Source: Pseudomonadota bacterium
GTDB lineage: Bacteria > Bdellovibrionota_C > UBA2361
DNA: 37,994 bases
Reading direction: 5' to 3'
Assembly (NCBI GenBank): GCA_046047875.1
Contig: JBJOHD010000194.1
Coordinates: forward strand, 1 to 37,994
The notes below the pieces were generated by a model that was not told the origin of the DNA, searched no databases, and saw only the letters and a list, made by a program, of their open reading frames with translations. Below are positions 1-8,013 of the stretch, one piece after another (the first letter of the stretch is position 1; every line of letters begins with the position of its first letter). The translations under genes and the position numbers were made by a program.

Positions 1-167
1 AAATCCGCGCGGGGCACCGCGCCGTGATCGAGGATCCAGCTCCCTCCGAGAAGATGCCAGCCGAGATCCAGATCGTGCGCCGGCACCCCCCACAAGCTGA
101 GCCCCCAAACGACTGCGAGGAACACGAGGGTTCGTTCGGCCCCCTGCGCAGTCGAAATACTCCGCAT
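1..167 (-). CDS. 5' part of a polytopic membrane protein (GT-C/ArnT-like glycosyltransferase-type hypothetical), truncated by the window edge
   Basis: Not in the ORF track. Manual translation from ATG at 167 (minus) gives MRSISTAQGAERTLVFLAVVWGLSLWGVPAHDLDLGWHLLGGSWILDHGAVPRADF..., open to the edge. It has a TM helix followed by a DxDxGWHLxxGxxIxxxGxVPxxD motif typical of these membrane proteins. Confidence 0.7.
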   Translation of the reverse strand, partial: MRSISTAQGAERTLVFLAVVWGLSLWGVPAHDLDLGWHLLGGSWILDHGAVPRAD

Positions 168-232
168 AACGTAACCTCTTTTTATAACGTAAAGCCTCGC
201 GTACGGTCGCGGCCCCCTCACCCCAACTCGTT

Positions 233-275
233 TTAAATCTATTAAATCTTGTGCAATCAACGGAAGTGCTATATT
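233..275 (+). promoter_or_regulatory. Candidate extended -10 promoter (TGcTATATT) for the RiPP precursor, preceded by tandem TTAAATCT repeats
   Basis: TG at 267-268 and TATATT at 270-275, about 40 bp upstream of ATG 315. TTAAATCT occurs at 233-240 and 242-249. Confidence 0.45.
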
Positions 276-314
276 CCACCAGGGTCGGTATCTCTTTTTT
301 TATTGAGAGTTCAT

Positions 315-593
315 ATGAATAAAAAAGTATTTTCGACTATCGCTGCTGTCGCTGTTGGGACTATCGCTGCCTCTGGGCTGGTTTTAAGCCCAAGCGCCGC
401 GCTCGCGGGTGAAGGTCATTCGCACGCAGCGGGCGAGAAGAGCTGTGGCGGAGAGAAGAAGTGTTCGGGCGACTCGAAATGCTCGGGCGACAAAGCGCAC
501 AAGGATGGGGAAGCCAAGTGCTCCGGCGAAAAGAACGCCGATGAGGGTGACCACTCCTGCGGCGCTGCAGGCTGTGCCGGCGAGAAGAAGTAG
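315..593 (+). CDS. Secreted Cys-rich RiPP precursor peptide (HvfA/bufferin-like MNIO substrate), 92 aa
   Basis: ATG 315 after GAGAG. Sec signal MNKK...SAALA, then a low-complexity core with SCGG, KCSG x3, SCGA and GCAG (6 Cys, 4 His). Lies directly upstream of a DUF692 gene. Confidence 0.85.
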   Translation: MNKKVFSTIAAVAVGTIAASGLVLSPSAALAGEGHSHAAGEKSCGGEKKCSGDSKCSGDKAHKDGEAKCSGEKNADEGDHSCGAAGCAGEKK

Positions 594-639
594 CCGCTTA
601 TCATCCCCCTCTCTTCCCTGAGCGGGAGGCTCTCCGGCC

Positions 640-673
640 GCAACGGGTCCCTTTATATCTCGGGACCCGTTGC
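640..673 (+). other. Perfect 12-bp stem-loop downstream of the precursor gene
   Basis: GCAACGGGTCCC (640-651) pairs with GGGACCCGTTGC (662-673), 10-nt loop, no U-tract. Confidence 0.8.
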
Positions 674-727
674 ATCTGAGGGCCCAGTCGATTTTCGGGT
701 AAAGAGGTGCGGGGCACGGGTACGTGG

Positions 728-767
728 AAAGGGATGACTTCTTTCTTGAAGTCATCCCTTTTTTGTT
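728..767 (+). terminator. Intrinsic terminator between the precursor and the MNIO gene
   Basis: AAAGGGATGACTTC (728-741) pairs with GAAGTCATCCCTTT (748-761), running into a T-tract. Confidence 0.75.
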
Positions 768-828
768 GGAAAAGATCCTTTTGAAGCTCCCCGAAAACGA
801 TAGCGGCAACTAACTGAGCTGGGGCATC

Positions 829-1686
829 ATGGCAAATTTCAATCTTCGTCCCCTTGGGGGCGGTATCGGACTTCGACACAAATACTTCGAGGAGATCCTC
901 GAGCAGCGTCCACCCTGCAATTGGTTCGAAATCATCATCGACGATTTCGTCGGCGACGGGGGACGTGACGTAAACTTCCTCCGAAAAATTCAGGAACACT
1001 ATCCGATCGTGGGACACGGTGTCTGCTGTTCACTCGGCTCCACTGACCCGATCGATGTGCCGTATATCAGGCGATTAAAGAGCGTCCTCGATACGATCAA
1101 ATCTCCATGGTTCTCTGACCACCTGTGCTTCACTATGGTGGATCACACTAACCTCAACGACCTCATCCCGCTCCCGTTCACAACGGAAGCGGCAAGAAAT
1201 GTGGTCGAACGAATAAAGGTCATCCAAGATATCATCGAACGGCCGTTTCTGATTGAAAACGTCACGCGATATGTGACCGTGTCTTCCCGCGAGATGGGGG
1301 AGGCGGAGTTTCTCGCTACCGTCCTGGAAGGTGCTGATTGCGGGCTCCTCCTTGACGTCACCAACCTCTATCTGAACTCCCAGTTTCATCGGTACGATCC
1401 CCTCGAATTCCTTCGCTCGATTCCCTATCACCGCGTAGGTCAGATGCACCTTGCCGGCTGGACTCCAGCGGATGACGGCACGATCATCGACAGCCACGAC
1501 GCTCCGGTGACCCCCGATGTGTGGAACCTCTTCAAAGAGATCGTGACGGTAACCGGCCCCTCCTCGGTCCTGGTAGAGTGGGATAACGCGCTCCCCCCGC
1601 TCCGCCGGCTCCTCGCCGAAGCCGATGCTGCCAACCAGGCTATCGCGGCTATGTGCGGCAAAGGTGCGCTACAGAGGGCGGCATAG
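829..1686 (+). CDS. Multinuclear non-heme iron-dependent oxidative enzyme (MNIO, DUF692/UPF0276 family)
   Basis: Family motifs GIGLR, HGV.. SLGS, WFSDHLCF, LIPLPFT, IENV, LLLDVTNL, MHLAG, IDSH, VEWD. Confidence 0.95.
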   Translation: MANFNLRPLGGGIGLRHKYFEEILEQRPPCNWFEIIIDDFVGDGGRDVNFLRKIQEHYPIVGHGVCCSLGSTDPIDVPYIRRLKSVLDTIKSPWFSDHLCFTMVDHTNLNDLIPLPFTTEAARNVVERIKVIQDIIERPFLIENVTRYVTVSSREMGEAEFLATVLEGADCGLLLDVTNLYLNSQFHRYDPLEFLRSIPYHRVGQMHLAGWTPADDGTIIDSHDAPVTPDVWNLFKEIVTVTGPSSVLVEWDNALPPLRRLLAEADAANQAIAAMCGKGALQRAA

Positions 1687-2591
1687 TGGCGCTTCACGGT
1701 GTTCTATCGGCGATGCGGGAGATAATCCTCGACCTGCGGGATCTGCCGCGGGATCCCGCAGAACGTTTCGAATTTTATCGATCCCGCTTCCCGACCCTCT
1801 CCTCGGAGGAGGTCCGAGATCTCGCGGCGATTCCGGGGGAGAGCTGGCAAAAGTACACAAACAGCATATTTTCCGGGGAGCGAAATCTCCTCACCCGCTA
1901 CTTCGAGGTAACGTTCGCCCTCTTAAAGCGTCACTGGGGTGAATTCTCTGACGCTCCGTTTAGTCCGTTCGAGATCGTGCGTACGGTTCACTCGCATCGG
2001 CCGTGGCAGGGACGCTCCGCCGAGGTCCTTTGTCGATGTTTTTTCGAGTTTCTCACCATCGATCGCGTCGACATCATCACCCGCCGGCCTGAGATCGGGG
2101 CGATGGCGGAGCTTGAGCTTGTGGGGCCCGAGCTCCGGCACGTTGCCGATGACCCTATTGGTCCAGCCGACTCCCTCCCAAAGGATCTCCTCGCCATGAA
2201 GACGGTGGGGGAAGCCATGACCCTCGATCTCTACCTTCCAAGCTCGCTGCGCTTTCGCACTTTTTCGGTCGATGCCCTGCAAATTCGGCGCTTGTACTAC
2301 GCCGACGATGCGACACTGCCCGATTCGTTCCGCGCCGAAACGACCTACGGTATCGCTTCAAGGAATCGAGACGGTTTTGTTCGTTGGGTGAGCGTTGCGG
2401 AGCCGATCTTTCGTTATCTAGCAGACCGCCCCCGCGCTGTTCGGTTTAAGATCGAGGATTTCGCGGCGTTTTACGTGGCGGCACAGCCGCCCGAGCTGCC
2501 AGAGGAGGTAATGTTTCAGCGGTTTCTCCGGCTCATGCATGAATTTCTCACCGCAGGAACAGCGATCCTGCTCGACTCCCCCACACAGTAA
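1686..2591 (+). CDS. MNIO partner protein (DUF2063/HvfC-like, probable RiPP recognition element)
   Basis: In-frame GTG 1686 overlaps the MNIO stop (TAGTG). The segments 'KYTNSIFSGERNLLTRYFEVTFALL' and 'AMAELEL' resemble DUF2063 helices, and the position is typical. Sequence is divergent. Confidence 0.7.
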   Translation: MALHGVLSAMREIILDLRDLPRDPAERFEFYRSRFPTLSSEEVRDLAAIPGESWQKYTNSIFSGERNLLTRYFEVTFALLKRHWGEFSDAPFSPFEIVRTVHSHRPWQGRSAEVLCRCFFEFLTIDRVDIITRRPEIGAMAELELVGPELRHVADDPIGPADSLPKDLLAMKTVGEAMTLDLYLPSSLRFRTFSVDALQIRRLYYADDATLPDSFRAETTYGIASRNRDGFVRWVSVAEPIFRYLADRPRAVRFKIEDFAAFYVAAQPPELPEEVMFQRFLRLMHEFLTAGTAILLDSPTQ

Positions 2592-2606
2592 AACTCAATG
2601 GGATGC

Positions 2607-3002
2607 TCAGCGGTCATCTCGAATCGGAATCGGATGCTGCTGCTCATCGACCGCGACCATCACCACCTCCGCCGAGGTGACTTTGATCGTACGACGATTT
2701 CCGATTCCCCGCTCAGCCTCCACATCAACCCGGATAGTCACCGAGGTGGTGCCGAGCTTTAAGGTCTTTGCGTAGAAGCTTACCGTATCGCCAACACTGA
2801 CCGGGGCGATGAACTCGACCTCGCGCATCACCTTCGTCACGTACCGCTTCGGCGCGATCGTGCGGGCGTGCTGCCCCGCCGCCAAGTCGATAAGGCTCAA
2901 GATATGTCCACCGAAGATGCTGCCCAGCCCGTTCGTATCACGCGGCATCATCACGGTTCGTATAGCGACGTCTCGAGTCGGATTTTTTTTATTTGTTTTC
3001 AT
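2607..3002 (-). CDS. Acyl-CoA thioesterase (hotdog fold, YciA family)
   Basis: MPRDTNGLGSIFGG.. LSLID..A and FIAPV.VGD motifs. Start taken at MKTNKK (ATG 3002). Confidence 0.9.
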   Translation of the reverse strand: MKTNKKNPTRDVAIRTVMMPRDTNGLGSIFGGHILSLIDLAAGQHARTIAPKRYVTKVMREVEFIAPVSVGDTVSFYAKTLKLGTTSVTIRVDVEAERGIGNRRTIKVTSAEVVMVAVDEQQHPIPIRDDR

Positions 3003-3189
3003 CGAATATTCCCCGAATGCGCCCCGACTATATCGCCCTCCCGCTCCTTCAGCCACTATGTTCGGCGTTATATGCGTTTTAAAAGGGCCTCGGCCAGGCT
3101 TGCCGATCCTCTCTCAGGACTCCTTGTACTATAATAGGAGGGGTAGGGGGTTCAGACTTTCAGCGCGCACCCTCCGACGGGGAAACTGT

Positions 3190-5013
3190 ATGCATATGGG
3201 GGAGAATTCGTCCGGTCAGCGTGCGTGCGATCGCTCGATGGCGCTCGCGCTCCTCTCCGGTTCGGCCCTCCTCGCGATTCTGCCCCTTGGGATGCTCTCG
3301 GTCGTTCATCCCCTTATCCCCTTTTTATCGATTATCCATCTCGGGCTTCTCTTGATACTCGCGGCCCGAGAGCTCGTATACCTTGTGGAGACCACCCGGC
3401 TCACCCGATGGCCCCGCGTCTTGAGCCTCGCTGCCTTAGCCGCTCCGGTCGTCGCCATCGTTATCCTGGGCGTCCTCCCAGTGATCGATCCGGCGGCGCT
3501 CCGGGAATACCTCGCGCTCCCACGATGGTGGATTAACTCCGGCGCGATAGCTCCGTATCTGTGGTACGCTCCCTCGCTCACCCCGCACCTTACCGGCCTT
3601 GCTTTTATGGAGCTCCTTTCGAATGAGCTCGAGGCGTTCATACCGCTCTATCTCTCCCTTTATCTTGCCTCGCTCGCCGGGTTGATCGGGAGGTTTGTTG
3701 AGCTCTGCACCCATCGACGGGAAGCGGCGTGGCTTGGCGCCGTATTGACCCTGACCCTTCCTCTCGCGATCCGCGCAACTACGACACCGTGGCCCGACTT
3801 ACCCGCAGCTCTCTTCATCTCGGTCGGACTAATTCTTCTCGTCGGTTGGGTCGAGCGGGGCAGCGGCGCCCGCCTCTTTATCGCGGGCGGCGCGCTCGGA
3901 CTTGGCGCAGGCTGCTCCATCGGAGGAGCTATTGCGCTCGCGGCCGTACTCCCCGCGATAGTTTGTGCTGCTCACTCGAAAAATAAGGGGATCTTTCGCA
4001 GTGTCGGAGCAACATTTACGGTACTCTGTGGAGCGATGCTCGCGCTCTCTCCGTGGCTAATCCGCAACGGCGTATGGCTCTCAAACCCTTTCTTCCCTTT
4101 TTTCGGGGGGCTACTCGGCTCAAATGCGCTCGTCACCGGCGAAGGGTGGCGCTTTTCTCTTGAGGCCGGGATGCGCTCCATCGGCGAACATCCGATCGAT
4201 CTTCTCCTCGCTCCGTTTACGATATCGCTCTCCGCTTACGACGGTGATACGAGAGGCCTCGACGGTGTTGTAAGCCCACTGATGGTGCTTAGCCTCATCT
4301 CACTCTGGGTCTACCGGCGCCACACCTGGGTGATTCTACTCGGACTCTTTATCCTCGTCGATTTTATCTTCGGTGCAATCGTTGAGCTCGGCTCGCTGCG
4401 AAACTATCTTCCCGCTGCTCTCCCCATCATCACGATGACGGTCCTCGGATGCGGAGGGATCGGCCGGATCTTTAAGCGTCGCTTTGAGCGATTTACTGTG
4501 GGAGCCCTTATCGGGGCTCACGTTCTCTTTTTTATCTTCTACACAGCTGAACGAGCCCACAAGCTCGGAGCGCCAGCGTACCGAGGTGATGCGGCCGCAT
4601 ATCTTGCAGAGCGGTTACCGGAGTATCCGATGATCGAGGTGGTGAACCGTTCGATCGGGCGAAGCGAGTATGTATACGGTATTCACCTTGGCGACGCGCT
4701 CTTTTACCTCAAGCCACGCTTTATGACCGGGGGTGTTGAGCAAGACGCTCAGATCCTTGAATGGCTCCGCCTCGCGTCGACTACCAACGTGTTGGCTCAA
4801 GAGTTTTTGCACCGGGGTGTAAGCCATATCGTCATGAATTCGCAGAAGATGGGGGAGTCGGTGACACAGCGCCTTCCCGAGCGAGAGCGCATATTGTGGG
4901 GGGATTTCCTTCGCAGCTACCTTGTGAAGCTCCATTCCAGCGGGCCGTTCGAACTGTACCGCCTCGCTCCCATGGGGGTTTCAACGACAACCCCATCCCC
5001 ACAAAAAAAGTAA
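3190..5013 (+). CDS. Polytopic membrane protein, GT-C fold (ArnT/PMT-like glycosyltransferase), degenerate
   Basis: About 13 hydrophobic helices with the 'YLALPRWW' loop and 'SPWLIRN...NPFFP' motif, plus a C-terminal soluble domain. The upstream part of the 734-aa ORF overlaps the thioesterase and is excluded. Confidence 0.7.
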   Translation: MHMGENSSGQRACDRSMALALLSGSALLAILPLGMLSVVHPLIPFLSIIHLGLLLILAARELVYLVETTRLTRWPRVLSLAALAAPVVAIVILGVLPVIDPAALREYLALPRWWINSGAIAPYLWYAPSLTPHLTGLAFMELLSNELEAFIPLYLSLYLASLAGLIGRFVELCTHRREAAWLGAVLTLTLPLAIRATTTPWPDLPAALFISVGLILLVGWVERGSGARLFIAGGALGLGAGCSIGGAIALAAVLPAIVCAAHSKNKGIFRSVGATFTVLCGAMLALSPWLIRNGVWLSNPFFPFFGGLLGSNALVTGEGWRFSLEAGMRSIGEHPIDLLLAPFTISLSAYDGDTRGLDGVVSPLMVLSLISLWVYRRHTWVILLGLFILVDFIFGAIVELGSLRNYLPAALPIITMTVLGCGGIGRIFKRRFERFTVGALIGAHVLFFIFYTAERAHKLGAPAYRGDAAAYLAERLPEYPMIEVVNRSIGRSEYVYGIHLGDALFYLKPRFMTGGVEQDAQILEWLRLASTTNVLAQEFLHRGVSHIVMNSQKMGESVTQRLPERERILWGDFLRSYLVKLHSSGPFELYRLAPMGVSTTTPSPQKK

Positions 5014-5107
5014 GCCTTTTCGATACTTGACTATTTCCCCGACAAAAATACTCAAGAAATCGACCGGTTAGGCCGATACTCGAATCGGCGGTAAAGAAAG
5101 GCCCACG

Positions 5108-5509
5108 ATGCGTGCTTTAATCGTCGATATAGAGAAGGAAAGTGTGACCCTCTTGTGGTCCCACCTGACCGGGGTCTGCGATCTCACCGTCGTTAACGAT
5201 GGCGCCACCGCATTCGAAGCGTTCTGCGCCGCGATCGACACCGGGAAGCCCTTTGACCTCGTCTGCCTCGATACCGAGCTCCCCCAGATCGACGGAATCG
5301 ATCTCCTGGCTGGATTTCGACAATACGAGGAATCAAAGGGGATCGTCGCCGAGTCGGGCGCCAAAATCCTCGTTACAACCCAGGTGTGCAGCGTTGATAA
5401 CTATTTCGCCGCCTCCAGCGCAGGGTGCACAAGCTTCATCTGTAAACCGCTCGATTGGACTAAATTGTCGCGCGAACTCGCCCGCCTCGGGATCGTTCCC
5501 CCCGCTTAA
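5108..5509 (+). CDS. Single-domain response regulator (CheY-like receiver)
   Basis: MRALIVD, DLVCLD..LPQIDG, ILVT and FICKP motifs. Confidence 0.85.
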   Translation: MRALIVDIEKESVTLLWSHLTGVCDLTVVNDGATAFEAFCAAIDTGKPFDLVCLDTELPQIDGIDLLAGFRQYEESKGIVAESGAKILVTTQVCSVDNYFAASSAGCTSFICKPLDWTKLSRELARLGIVPPA

Positions 5510-5731
5510 CCCCGGACTCCTTCGCGGAGTTCCTGAATAGACCGCTCTCTCATTAGGCACCCGCGTGGGCATACCGAAAATCAATCCCTTAGCCGATCCG
5601 AGCAGTCTGTGACCTCTCTTTCTGCGTGGCTGATGAGTTTTTGCGCCCCATACTCCTCATAACGGTGGTAAGATACTACGGTTACGCTTCAGTGAGGGGA
5701 GTCCCTCTGCACGATTAACTCCGAGGTTTTT

Positions 5732-7012
5732 TTGGGTTCGATTCGTCTCGCCATCGCCTTACTAAAGATCCCCCGCCTCTTCGGTTCGCTCTTCCTTTTC
5801 CCGCTGCTCATAAGCATCGTTGTTGTCGCGCTGCAGATCCTCTTTACCGCTCTCATGGTTAAAAGCATCTCGACGACGGCCGGACCGGTCGAGGATCGGG
5901 TCGAGCGAACCAAAGACATGAATTTCGGCCGGCTTCTGCTCTACGGCAGCGGGGAACCCCTCGCACCACTCCGGCTCTGCCGTTGGCGTGAGATAGAGCG
6001 CGACGGCACGATCGTCGAGATTCCACCGGGCCGAGAGTGCCTCCCCGGCCGACTCGATATCGCTTTGCATGTTGATGACCCCGCTGCATTCGACCCCGTC
6101 CGATATCAGGCGGCGTTCGATGGAAACATCGAGCAGCTCCATATCTGCAAGCGGTGCCGCCCCGACATCGTCATCACGCTGAGGAACGGTGAGGCAAGCT
6201 CCGACATCCGCGGGGTCTGGGCGCTCGTTGTTGTTAATATGATTCGATTTAACCCGAGCCAGTACGTCGATAGCTTGAAGGAGATCGAGGAGGTGAGCGA
6301 GATCTTCGGCCAACGTACCCTGCATCTCAACGGCTTCGAAGATTCGATCGATATGAACCGTACCTATACGATCTTGGCGATTACGATAAACTTCGCCGGA
6401 ATCATTATCATCGCCCTATGGCTCGCCCTTAAAGCCCACCGGAAAGTCCTTGATTACTTTTCCCATAGCGGCGCCCTCCTCCCGATGGTCGCCGCTTCAG
6501 GACACTCAACTTTCTACGGCGCTATCTGGGTTTTGACCTTATCGAGGGTCTTTGCTTTCTTTGGAGCTGCCCTCCCGCTGACCTATTACGGATTCGTTGC
6601 GATCCTTGAGAAGGACGACCTCGCCGCTTTTTTCTTCGGCGGTCGGGTAATCGTGTGGATCTTGGCGCTCACCTCGAGCCTCGCGCTTGCAACCCTGATA
6701 GCCTCGATCGCAGAGCTTAAACACCGCCACAGCCTCCTCAGTTTCTCATATAAGTACATCCCCTTACTAATCTGCTTCATCGGCGGAGTCATCTGGGCCG
6801 CGACGTTCCTCCTTGAGACCCCCGAGGCGCTTGTGGTTCGCTCGGCAACAACAGCGCTCCCGCTCCTGGGAACCGCTTCGATACTCCTCGGTCCGGTATT
6901 TCGCCCCTCCGCACTGACACTTGCGATCCACCTCTGCTCAAGCCTCGGTCTGCTTGTCGTCGCACTCCGCTATAATAGTCGGTGGTTCGCCGCTCACCTG
7001 GAGGAGATTTGA
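5732..7012 (+). CDS. Putative ABC exporter permease with a Cys-containing extracytoplasmic domain
   Basis: TTG start after GAGGT. One N-terminal TM, a ~160-aa soluble domain, then 6-7 TMs. TGATG coupling to the downstream ABC ATPase. Confidence 0.7.
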   Translation: MGSIRLAIALLKIPRLFGSLFLFPLLISIVVVALQILFTALMVKSISTTAGPVEDRVERTKDMNFGRLLLYGSGEPLAPLRLCRWREIERDGTIVEIPPGRECLPGRLDIALHVDDPAAFDPVRYQAAFDGNIEQLHICKRCRPDIVITLRNGEASSDIRGVWALVVVNMIRFNPSQYVDSLKEIEEVSEIFGQRTLHLNGFEDSIDMNRTYTILAITINFAGIIIIALWLALKAHRKVLDYFSHSGALLPMVAASGHSTFYGAIWVLTLSRVFAFFGAALPLTYYGFVAILEKDDLAAFFFGGRVIVWILALTSSLALATLIASIAELKHRHSLLSFSYKYIPLLICFIGGVIWAATFLLETPEALVVRSATTALPLLGTASILLGPVFRPSALTLAIHLCSSLGLLVVALRYNSRWFAAHLEEI

Positions 7013-8013
7013 TGAATCCCCGAACAGAGGCAGCGCTGGAATACGACGGAGCGCGTATCACCGCGCACGACCTTCGGGTTATGTACGGCGACTTTCTCGC
7101 GCTCGATCTTCCCAACATCGATCTTGCTGGGCGAGTGATAGCGGTGATCGGTCATAACGGTGCTGGCAAATCCACCTTGATAAAAACGATTTTGAACCTC
7201 GTGCAGACGTCCCGGGGAGGCATTCGGGTAACCGACTCGCACGCGAACGTGGTGACCCCGCTGCTTCCGGAGCGGCATCTCGCCTTCTGTCCGGAGATGG
7301 GGGCGGTGTTCGCCGATATCTCAGTTGAGAGCTACATCAAGCTCTGGTGCCGCTTTAAGCAGCAGGACGTCAACTATTATAAGCACGCGGGAAGCCGCTA
7401 TATCGAGCTCCTCAGTATCGCCCCGCTCTTTCGAAAACTCGGTCGGGAGCTTTCGAAGGGTCAACGCCGCCGGGTGCAAACCGCGATCGGATTCCTCACC
7501 GACCCCCGACTATTTCTATTCGATGAGCCGTTCGATGGGCTCGATGTTCAACGCACTAACGAGCTTTCAAACCTTATCGCGGCGGAGTCGGCGGGGCGTT
7601 CCTTCGTAATCTCTTCTCACCGCATGGACGTCGTCGAGCGGCTCGCCGACGTCATCCTCGTTCTTCGAGAGGGGCGCGCGCTCGCCTCCGGCACGGTTGA
7701 ACAGGTGTGCCACCAGCTGTGCGGCCAAAGCGCCACGATCACCGGGATTGAGGAACCGAGTGGGCTGGTCTCTGCGCTGGAGGCCCGCTACCCCGAAAGC
7801 CTCATCACGAAGATCGGTAATCAGGTCTCTATCACCGGGCCGCAGGTCGAAATTAACGAGCTCCGCGGTTTTGTGGCGAGTACGGTCGCCCCCGCAGCGC
7901 ACCTTGAACCGGTACAGCCCCGGCTCGTCGACGCGATGAATTATCATCTCCTGTCCCTCCGGGGCATAGCCGCCAAAACATCGGATAAGGCGGCGAGCGC
8001 GGCTGCGGAGTAA
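7012..8013 (+). CDS. ABC transporter ATP-binding protein (ABC-2/drug-export type)
   Basis: Walker A GHNGAGKST, signature LSKGQRRR, Walker B FLFDEP, H-loop SSH. ATG 7012 follows GGAGGAG. Confidence 0.92.
   Translation: MNPRTEAALEYDGARITAHDLRVMYGDFLALDLPNIDLAGRVIAVIGHNGAGKSTLIKTILNLVQTSRGGIRVTDSHANVVTPLLPERHLAFCPEMGAVFADISVESYIKLWCRFKQQDVNYYKHAGSRYIELLSIAPLFRKLGRELSKGQRRRVQTAIGFLTDPRLFLFDEPFDGLDVQRTNELSNLIAAESAGRSFVISSHRMDVVERLADVILVLREGRALASGTVEQVCHQLCGQSATITGIEEPSGLVSALEARYPESLITKIGNQVSITGPQVEINELRGFVASTVAPAAHLEPVQPRLVDAMNYHLLSLRGIAAKTSDKAASAAAE

Noticed and set aside
2809-3189. N-terminal 127 aa of the 734-aa ORF
   Set aside because: Overlaps the thioesterase on the opposite strand and spans a TATAAT at 3130-3135. 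The real start is probably 3190 or 3196.
5732-8013. ABC transporter as the RiPP exporter
   Set aside because: The precursor has a Sec signal, and the ABC genes are separated from it by three unrelated genes with their own promoter-like site.
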